The position numbers and the translations under genes were made by a program. A DNA stretch of 64,000 nucleotides from the NCBI GenBank assembly GCA_021848125.1, contig JAJZMY010000019.1, positions 13,054-77,053 on the forward strand. Direction: 5' to 3'. How positions within the stretch are numbered: position 1 is the first letter of the stretch; each line of letters starts with the position of its first letter. Positions 28,976 to 36,625 of this stretch are shown in pieces. The notes beneath the pieces were generated by a model. The model worked only from the letters and a program-made list of their open reading frames with translations, did no database searches and had not been told where the DNA came from. The stretch comes from Candidatus Micrarchaeota archaeon (GTDB lineage Archaea > Micrarchaeota > Micrarchaeia > Micrarchaeales > Micrarchaeaceae).

Positions 28976-30184
28976 ATGAAAAAGCAAAAAAAAGGAATTA
29001 TTAAAAATTATAACAAAACTAAAAAAATAAACAAAATCAGCAATAAACAAATAAGAAAATCTTATTCAAAACTACAAAAACATAAACTAGAAAATATACT
29101 AAAGCACCAAAAAGAAACAAGAAAAACTAAGCAAAACAACATTATAAATTTAAAGGATGTCACTATAAACAATATTGGCTCAAATATTTTAATTGAAGAA
29201 ATTTTAATAAATAAATTGATAATCAGCAAGCAAAATAAGAGCTACAAAAATAAAGTCAATGAATATTTTTCTGAAAATTCAATGCTGTTAAAAAATTTAA
29301 TAATAAATTTTACAGGCACGCTATCAAAATTAAATTATAAAAATGGATTATTTGCAGGTAAACTATTATACCACGCATATAATAAAATATACAATTATGC
29401 TTCATATAATGATGCCCTATGGCATTTAATTGAATTTTTAGAATCATGTGGGTATAAAAATATTGTCTTCACGTCCTTTCCAGACAAGATAACAATAAAA
29501 ATACCAAATATTAAACAGGATTTAAATCTAAATACCCATGTATTTGAAGCAGGGCTGATCTCTGGATTCATAACTGCATCAAAAAATAAATTATTATTTG
29601 CTAAAGAGGCAAAATGCTCAAATAATAATTCTGATTTTTGCGAATTTATTTGCGATGAATATAATAATTATAATGATTTTAGGACAAATAGCCAAAATAT
29701 TGACAAATCCATTGAAAAATTCATAGAATCTTATTTAAGGGACCTAAACAGAAATAAAAGAGATGCAAAAACCAAGATAAATTATTCTGCCAATATCTAT
29801 CCTGAATCATATTATTATTTATCATCATTTCCAATAATTTTTAATAATAAACTAAATAATTATATGAAATTAATATTTACTCATATTGCAATCAAGTTCA
29901 ATCAAAACTTATTAAAGGAATTTAAAACCATAACTAAAAAAAATCAGAAAAATCTGTTTGAACAAATTCAGCAAATATTAGGTTTATTAGACATAACAGT
30001 AACAATTAACAGCTTAAAGCCACTAAATATTTCTTTAATGTTCAATTATTTAAATTCAAAAAAAGAATTCATTGACTTATCCATAATATTTTTTAATAAT
30101 CTGGCAAATGGATATATAAATACTAAAAATACAGCAACACAATTAAAAAACATTAATGGAAAATATATTTTAACTATCTCATAA
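28976..30184 (+). CDS. hypothetical protein with a V4R-like domain and a lysine-rich N-terminus
   Basis: HVFEAGLISGFITAS....AKEAKCSNNNSDFCEFIC resembles the V4R (4-vinyl reductase) C-terminal pattern G.l.G...E..C...G...C.F. Confidence 0.4.
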   Translation: MKKQKKGIIKNYNKTKKINKISNKQIRKSYSKLQKHKLENILKHQKETRKTKQNNIINLKDVTINNIGSNILIEEILINKLIISKQNKSYKNKVNEYFSENSMLLKNLIINFTGTLSKLNYKNGLFAGKLLYHAYNKIYNYASYNDALWHLIEFLESCGYKNIVFTSFPDKITIKIPNIKQDLNLNTHVFEAGLISGFITASKNKLLFAKEAKCSNNNSDFCEFICDEYNNYNDFRTNSQNIDKSIEKFIESYLRDLNRNKRDAKTKINYSANIYPESYYYLSSFPIIFNNKLNNYMKLIFTHIAIKFNQNLLKEFKTITKKNQKNLFEQIQQILGLLDITVTINSLKPLNISLMFNYLNSKKEFIDLSIIFFNNLANGYINTKNTATQLKNINGKYILTIS

Positions 30185-30408
30185 TTATTTGTTAATATGA
30201 ATGTTTATGTAAAAATCATATTAATAAATATCATTAGCTAAGCAATAACAAATGTAAAAAACATACTAATAAAAAATCTCACTAAATAATAAATACTTTA
30301 TTATTAAAAATAAAAAATAGAATAAAACAGAATAATAAAAAAATGCAAAATACGCATTAAAAGTATTACCTTAAAAATCTAAAATTGTAAATAAATTACA
30401 TACTTCGT

Positions 30409-31869
30409 GTGAAAATTATGGCATTAGAATTTATGGATAAAGTTTCTAAATTTATTCCGTCAATAAAATCCCCAAAGACGCCATTGTCTTTAAAGGAAAA
30501 ATTATATTGGACAGGCATTGTGCTTGTTGTTTATTTTCTTCTTTATAATACATATGCAATAGGCGTTAACCAGGCAGAAGTAACAAATCCTTTATTTGAA
30601 TTAATAAGCATTATATTTGCTGCAAAAATAGGCAGCCTGATAACAATTGGAATCGGCCCCATTGTATTGGCAAGCATTCTGCTTCAATTGTTTAATGGAG
30701 CTGGGCTGATAAAATTTGATTCAAGTAATCTTGAGGAAAAATCAAGGTTTCAGAGCCTTCAGAAATTATCAGCAATTGTTTTAGGGGTTATTGAAAGTTT
30801 TATATTTGTATTTACAGGTTATATTCCAATTTCCAGCCCATCAGCTGCCGGCTTTGTCATCATTCAATTAATAATCGGCGCAATAACAATTATTTTTTTG
30901 GATGAAATAATGACAAAATGGGGGATAACATCTGGAATAAATATGTTTATTGCGTCTGGGGTTTCATATGATATTATTGCAGGAACTTTTGGAATTTTAT
31001 TGCCAGGCGCAATAACTGCAATAGAAACAGGAGGTGCAACAGCAATTTCTGGAGCTGTCCTGGCATTTGCCCCTTTGTTCTTTTCAGTCATTGTTTTTTT
31101 AATAAGTATTTATGCATATGAAATAAAAGTTGAGCTGCCCCTAGTTTTTGAGCAGTTGAGAGGCATCGGCGGCAGACTGCCAATACCTTTCTTATATGTG
31201 AGCGTTTTGCCTGTAATCCTGGCAACTTCCCTGGAAATGAGTCTGACAGTATGGTTTAGAATGCTGGCAAATATAAAAGGAGCTTTTGCTAATTTTGCCA
31301 AATTTATTGCATTTTATCAGCCAGTGAATGGCCAACTGCAGCTGAATGGCGGACTTGTTTATTTAATTTCACCCTCATTTCCATTGCCTTATCCAGCGCC
31401 AGCCGGCATCGGCGGCTATAGGCAGTATTTCACATACCTGGCAACGCATACAACGCAATTGTTTCTGCCGTTCGGTGGATTTGTCAATGTTCCCGAGTGG
31501 ATTCATATCATTGTTTATACTCTGGTTCTAGTAGTGCTTTGTATTGTATTCGGTAAGTTCTGGATTGAAATGACTGGCCAGAATCCAAAAAGCGTTGCAG
31601 ATCAATTGCAGTCAGTGGGCTGGCAGATACCAGGATTCAGGAGGGACCCTAGAATTATTGAAAACGTGCTCAACAAATACATACCAACAGTCACTGTGCT
31701 CGGAAGCATTTTTGTCGGCCTCCTGGCAGCATTTGCAACATTGACCGGAGCCCTGGGAACTGGCATGGGGATTTTATTGACAGTTGGAATTATTTACATG
31801 CTGTACCAGCAATTAGAACAAGAGCATCTTTATGAAGCCTATCCAATACTGGAAAAGATTGCAAAATAA
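30409..31869 (+). CDS. secY: preprotein translocase subunit SecY
   Basis: About 10 TM segments with archaeal SecY/Sec61alpha hallmarks: KLYWTGIVLVVY, GIGPIVLASILLQL, GIPGFR..P. The likely start is ATG 30418. Confidence 0.9.
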   Translation: MKIMALEFMDKVSKFIPSIKSPKTPLSLKEKLYWTGIVLVVYFLLYNTYAIGVNQAEVTNPLFELISIIFAAKIGSLITIGIGPIVLASILLQLFNGAGLIKFDSSNLEEKSRFQSLQKLSAIVLGVIESFIFVFTGYIPISSPSAAGFVIIQLIIGAITIIFLDEIMTKWGITSGINMFIASGVSYDIIAGTFGILLPGAITAIETGGATAISGAVLAFAPLFFSVIVFLISIYAYEIKVELPLVFEQLRGIGGRLPIPFLYVSVLPVILATSLEMSLTVWFRMLANIKGAFANFAKFIAFYQPVNGQLQLNGGLVYLISPSFPLPYPAPAGIGGYRQYFTYLATHTTQLFLPFGGFVNVPEWIHIIVYTLVLVVLCIVFGKFWIEMTGQNPKSVADQLQSVGWQIPGFRRDPRIIENVLNKYIPTVTVLGSIFVGLLAAFATLTGALGTGMGILLTVGIIYMLYQQLEQEHLYEAYPILEKIAK

Positions 31870-31975
31870 AGCTCTTTAGAAAAGAGCTTTTGCAGAAATA
31901 AAGCTTTTAGAAAAAGCTTTTGCAAAATGAAAAGTTTGCAGAATCCAGCAGCTTTGCTGCTGAAGTTCATTAAAA
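31866..31975 (+). repeat. palindromic intergenic repeat, long form (copy 2)
   Basis: It starts at the secY stop. It has hairpins AAAGCTCTT/AAGAGCTTT (31868-90), AAAGCTTTT..AAAAGCTTT (31900-20) and CAGCAGC/GCTGCTG (31946-62). The segment tgcaaaatgaaaagtttgcagaat is shared nearly verbatim with copies 1 and 3. Confidence 0.8.
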
Positions 31976-32005
31976 AATAAATTAAAAACAAATATGTGAA
32001 ATCTA

Positions 32006-34495
32006 ATGGATCAAAAAAATACTAATAAAAACAATGAAATTAAAAATATTGAATCAGAGACAAAAAAATTGGAAGAAGAAATTGAAAAGCAGAAGCAGAG
32101 ATTAGAGCAGGAATATTCAAAAATATCAAAAGAAACAAGCAAATTAAAATCAGATGAAAGAAAATTAGAGCAGGAAATTGAAACGCAGGACAAAGAAGAT
32201 GAAAAAAACCAATTTGTTAAATTTATTACATCTCTTGAAAAGAATAAATATTTTATTTTGTCAATCGCAATAATAATTGTTTTAATTGGCATTTATCTGA
32301 GAGTTGGAATGCTAAAATATCAGGGCCTTTTTGAACCCGATGGATTTTTCCACTATTCTGTGCTGCAGCAGATTGTTTCAAATCATTTTATTGAACCAAT
32401 AAATACAAGTTTGTCAGGTTTTCCAGCTCCTCATTATATTGAAGAGCCTGATGGGCTTTACTATGTCACTATTATCCTGTATTTTTTCCTTAGATTTTTT
32501 GGAATAAGCTTATACAGCCTAATGAGGATTATTCCTGTTTTGTTTGGAATCAGCGATATAATAGGCAGTTTTTTCCTAATAAGATTTTTTTCAAAAAATA
32601 ATTATTTGTCTTTATTAGGTATGTTTTTTGTTGCTGTTTCAAATGGCGATATTGCAAGAACCGCAGCATTAGTATACAGAGGGGATGGATTCATAACTAT
32701 TTTTATGATAATAACATTAATTTTAATGCTAAAAACACTTGAATCAAAAGACAAAAAAAGATATTTTTATGCTATTGGCACAGGAATTATATCTGGAATA
32801 GGTATAGGAATATGGAACGGATCCCCTTTTACTCTCCTTGTTTTTATTCTTGCCATGATATTTATCATTATTTATTCCTTTTTGATTGCTAATAAGGATT
32901 ATTTATTTAATACTATTTTGCTTACTTTTGCTGTTTTGCTTTCCCACATTGTCCAGGATCTGCTTTACAGATTAACAATAATTCGTGTAACACTGCCATT
33001 CACTGACTGGCATTTTTATATATTTTTCATGCCATTGTTGATTTTCTCAATTCTTGCATATTATTTAATAAAGAGCAGCAAACTGAAATTAATCACGCAT
33101 AATTTCAAAAACAGACTTTTGTTTACTGTTATTATAATCCTAGTTGCATCATTGGTTATTATATCAATATTTTATAATTATCTTGCATTTGCTTCAACTG
33201 GCTATGGAATGCTAAGCAGGAACAGCGCACTTGGTGTAACTATTGAAGAGTTGCTGCCACCAACATATGCATTTATATTTGCAAGCTTTTATTACCAGCT
33301 TTATCTTGCGCCGTTTGCAATTATATTATTTTTAGGAATTTTTATTTTTATTAAAATATATAATAAATATTATTCTACATCTCCAAAATTAAGTTTCAAA
33401 AGCATTGACAAAAATTATTTAGGTGATTTATCTGTATCTGCATTTCTTATAATTTTATCCTATTTCTTATTGACTTCTTATTTGCAGTCAACAGCAATAA
33501 GATATAATTCATTGGTTTCAATTCCAATTGCATTATTTTCAGCATATGCAATTTACTTAATAAGCGCACTTGTCTATAAATTATTTAAGAAGATATTGAC
33601 ATCAAATGTGAACTTGAAATATTATGCATTTATTGTTTATGTTTTTATCTTGTTTATTTTCTTTTATAATTCTTTTAATTTCTCGCATGCACAGGCATAT
33701 TCATCAACGCAGGCAGATGACATAAATCCATTATTTTTAAATGCAATGACATGGCTGAGGGCTAATACACCACAAAATTCAACTGTATTGGCTTTATGGC
33801 CTGACGGCTCTGTTGTTGAAGGATGGGGCCATAGAAGAAGCTTAATGGACAGCGTCAGCGGGCAAATAGCATCAAATATATATCCATTTGCCAAATTTGT
33901 ATTTAATCAAACCAATAACCAAACATATCTTTTTTCAATTCACAGACCAAATTATTTAGTTGTGAGATATTTCTGGTTTTATGAACTTGGAGGCATTGCG
34001 CAAGAGGCAAAATTAAATATAAGCAATCCGGCTGTTTCCTCCAACTACAGCTATGTAATGATGAATTCTCTTAATATAACTAAAAACAGCACATCAATAA
34101 ATTATTTATTCAGCTCTAATAACTTTGATGTAAAATTTATTACAGAACCGACTGCAAACGGAACAAAGTTTGCAGCCTATCTTTTGCAGCCAAGGATAGC
34201 TCCGCAGCCAATTAAAACAATTATTTTTTACAATGAAACAAATAAAAATTATTCAATTGTAAATTCATCAGTTCCTTCTTTAAATTTCAGTCTCCTGATT
34301 TATTATTCAGGGCATAATATTTATGGCGGTGCAATTGTAGGCCCAAAGCTTTTAAAATCAAATATGTTCAAGTTTCTGATTTTATGCAATTATGTTGAAT
34401 GTCCATATAATGGCAATAATGTCACTTTAAATCTAGTTTATGCAAATAATGATACAAGAATTTATAAGATAAATTATCTTAATTCATCAACATAA
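32006..34495 (+). CDS. aglB: AglB/STT3-like oligosaccharyltransferase with an N-terminal Glu/Lys coiled-coil extension
   Basis: Many TM segments are followed by a soluble C-terminal domain. The first-loop motif LFEPDGFFHYS resembles STT3 E.DP.F.Y. A WWDYG-like motif appears as ALWPDGSVVEGWG. A different GT-C family enzyme cannot be excluded. Confidence 0.6.
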   Translation: MDQKNTNKNNEIKNIESETKKLEEEIEKQKQRLEQEYSKISKETSKLKSDERKLEQEIETQDKEDEKNQFVKFITSLEKNKYFILSIAIIIVLIGIYLRVGMLKYQGLFEPDGFFHYSVLQQIVSNHFIEPINTSLSGFPAPHYIEEPDGLYYVTIILYFFLRFFGISLYSLMRIIPVLFGISDIIGSFFLIRFFSKNNYLSLLGMFFVAVSNGDIARTAALVYRGDGFITIFMIITLILMLKTLESKDKKRYFYAIGTGIISGIGIGIWNGSPFTLLVFILAMIFIIIYSFLIANKDYLFNTILLTFAVLLSHIVQDLLYRLTIIRVTLPFTDWHFYIFFMPLLIFSILAYYLIKSSKLKLITHNFKNRLLFTVIIILVASLVIISIFYNYLAFASTGYGMLSRNSALGVTIEELLPPTYAFIFASFYYQLYLAPFAIILFLGIFIFIKIYNKYYSTSPKLSFKSIDKNYLGDLSVSAFLIILSYFLLTSYLQSTAIRYNSLVSIPIALFSAYAIYLISALVYKLFKKILTSNVNLKYYAFIVYVFILFIFFYNSFNFSHAQAYSSTQADDINPLFLNAMTWLRANTPQNSTVLALWPDGSVVEGWGHRRSLMDSVSGQIASNIYPFAKFVFNQTNNQTYLFSIHRPNYLVVRYFWFYELGGIAQEAKLNISNPAVSSNYSYVMMNSLNITKNSTSINYLFSSNNFDVKFITEPTANGTKFAAYLLQPRIAPQPIKTIIFYNETNKNYSIVNSSVPSLNFSLLIYYSGHNIYGGAIVGPKLLKSNMFKFLILCNYVECPYNGNNVTLNLVYANNDTRIYKINYLNSST

Positions 34496-34664
34496 TTCTG
34501 TTTTTCTAATTATTATTTAAAAAAATTCCTATTTTTTTCAAATTTTATTAAAAAATCAACGAAACATATATATATCTCAATAATCTTATTAAATTAAAAT
34601 TTAAAATAAAAATAAAATCAGAATTATTAATGAAATTCACTTTAAATAGCAATTTGGTGGTGAA

Positions 34665-35024
34665 ATGTTTTTTATGAAACTTAAAAACAGTAATGAAAAA
34701 ACAAGTGGAAGCAGAATTCAGCAAACTTTTGATAAAACAATTAAGCAGGCATCAGAAGAATTTCAAAACCCTAATTTAAATTTTTATGATATTGTTAGCA
34801 TATATGAAAAAGGGATAAAAGAATTAAAAGAAATTAATAAAAACGAGGCAATTGATTCTGGCTTTACTGAATTGCTAATTAAATTGGAGACATACCAGTT
34901 AAATTTTATTAAGATCTGTTTAAGTAATTTTTCCAAGTCTAAAGATTTTGATGAAATTAAATTAATTAAGCAGAAAGAGGAATTGGAAAATGAATTAAAG
35001 CAATTCAAACGGGATTCCTCTTAG
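34665..35024 (+). CDS. hypothetical protein (119 aa), paralog of the N-terminal part of the next ORF
   Basis: It shares MFFMK..FDKTI..NFYDI..IYE.G.KELKEINKNEAIDS....L......QLNFI with 35072..35875. Confidence 0.45.
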   Translation: MFFMKLKNSNEKTSGSRIQQTFDKTIKQASEEFQNPNLNFYDIVSIYEKGIKELKEINKNEAIDSGFTELLIKLETYQLNFIKICLSNFSKSKDFDEIKLIKQKEELENELKQFKRDSS

Positions 35025-35071
35025 ATAAAAATACATAATTATTATAGTATACAAATAAAAAAGGTGATTAA

Positions 35072-35875
35072 ATGTTTTTTATGAAAAATAAATCAAAAAA
35101 TGAACAAATTTTTGATAAAACAATTAATAAAGTAAAAACAGAATTAAATATATCTTCAATGAATTTTTATGATATTTCAAAAATTTATGAGAATGGTGTA
35201 AAAGAATTAAAAGAAATTAATAAAAACGAGGCAATTGATTCTAAGCTTATTGACTCATTAGTTTTATTAAAAAACAGTCAATTAAATTTTATTAATAAGT
35301 ATTTAAGCTCTATTCAATTTTTGAATTCACCAATATATGTTCATGCAGAAAGTTATAATGTAGAAAAAGAAAATTTAAAATCTGATTTAAAACTATTGTC
35401 TGAATTAAAATCTTTTTATTCGAAAGCAAATTTAAAGAATTTAAAAAAATTAAAAAATAGCACAGATATATTTAGTATTAACACAGATCCAAGAGAATCT
35501 GTTTTTTCAAGTATGAATTCAGTTTCAAGAGCTTTCAATCCAAATAATTTTTCAATATATGAAGAACTTGGACAAAAAAGCGAAAGTATTGCAGAAGCAT
35601 ATTCTGAAACAAAAAAAATATTAAATAAATTGGATTTAAATTCTCAAAATGAGGATAGAGAAATGAAGAAATATGCTGAAAGGGCAACAAAGTTCTATAT
35701 TGGGTATTATAATTTTAAAAGATCTGCATTTTTTGGAAATAAAAAGAATGATAATTCGTTAGCATTTTATATAGTTAAAATAAATTCTTTGATTGCAAAC
35801 TACAGTCTACCTAATTCATTACAGAACTTGATAGATATTAATACAAAAGAGTTAGATCAAATGATTAGAAAATAA
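35072..35875 (+). CDS. hypothetical protein (267 aa), paralog of the previous ORF
   Basis: GGTGAT lies 4 nt upstream of the ATG. The N-terminal roughly 85 aa are paralogous to 34665..35024. Confidence 0.5.
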   Translation: MFFMKNKSKNEQIFDKTINKVKTELNISSMNFYDISKIYENGVKELKEINKNEAIDSKLIDSLVLLKNSQLNFINKYLSSIQFLNSPIYVHAESYNVEKENLKSDLKLLSELKSFYSKANLKNLKKLKNSTDIFSINTDPRESVFSSMNSVSRAFNPNNFSIYEELGQKSESIAEAYSETKKILNKLDLNSQNEDREMKKYAERATKFYIGYYNFKRSAFFGNKKNDNSLAFYIVKINSLIANYSLPNSLQNLIDINTKELDQMIRK

Positions 35876-35891
35876 GATAAATAAATAATTT

Positions 35892-36497
35892 CTAATGTTT
35901 AGAATATCTGACAAATGTTTCATTTACTTTTTTCCAATCAATGTTATTAATAAATTCTGCAATATATGCTGCTCGGTCAGGGCCAAATTTATGATAATAA
36001 GCATGCTCAAAAACATCCAATGCAATCAATGGAATTGAGCCAACTACTCCACCCTGATTATGAACGTCATACAAAAAATTCCTCAAATTTTTATCACTGA
36101 ATAGATCAAGAGACAGCACTGCCCAGCCTCTTGCTGATTTTCCACAAGCAATAAAATCTTGTTTCCAATTTTCCATAGATCCAAAATCGTCATTAATCTT
36201 TTTTATTATTTCTAAATTTTCATCAAATGCGCCATTGCCTCCCAATGAATTCCAATAAAGTTCATGCAATAATGCGCCATTGCCATTCCATGTTTCCTCT
36301 AATTTTAATTCCCTAAATAAAGAATAGTTTGCATTTGCTTTTGACTTGTCAGCATTTTCCAATTCTTTTTCAATTTCATTTCTTTTATTTACATAGCCTG
36401 CATAATGTATATCATGATGCCATTTATATGTTTCATTATCCATTAAGTTTTCTAATTTTTCAAAAACTATTTTCATTTCTTTTATTTCAAATTTCAT
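35892..36497 (-). CDS. sod: Fe/Mn superoxide dismutase
   Basis: Metal-ligand motifs HHDIHYAGYV and DVFEHAYY, plus WNGNGALLHELYW. Confidence 0.9.
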   Translation of the reverse strand: MKFEIKEMKIVFEKLENLMDNETYKWHHDIHYAGYVNKRNEIEKELENADKSKANANYSLFRELKLEETWNGNGALLHELYWNSLGGNGAFDENLEIIKKINDDFGSMENWKQDFIACGKSARGWAVLSLDLFSDKNLRNFLYDVHNQGGVVGSIPLIALDVFEHAYYHKFGPDRAAYIAEFINNIDWKKVNETFVRYSKH

Positions 36498-36625
36498 AAG
36501 ATCACATTTATTAATTTAATAAAAAACATTAAATAATTTAATTTAGAATTTTAGATATTTAAATAATATTTTTAAATTAATATATGAGTATTAATATTAA
36601 GTTTGCTTTTGTTTAAAATGATAAA

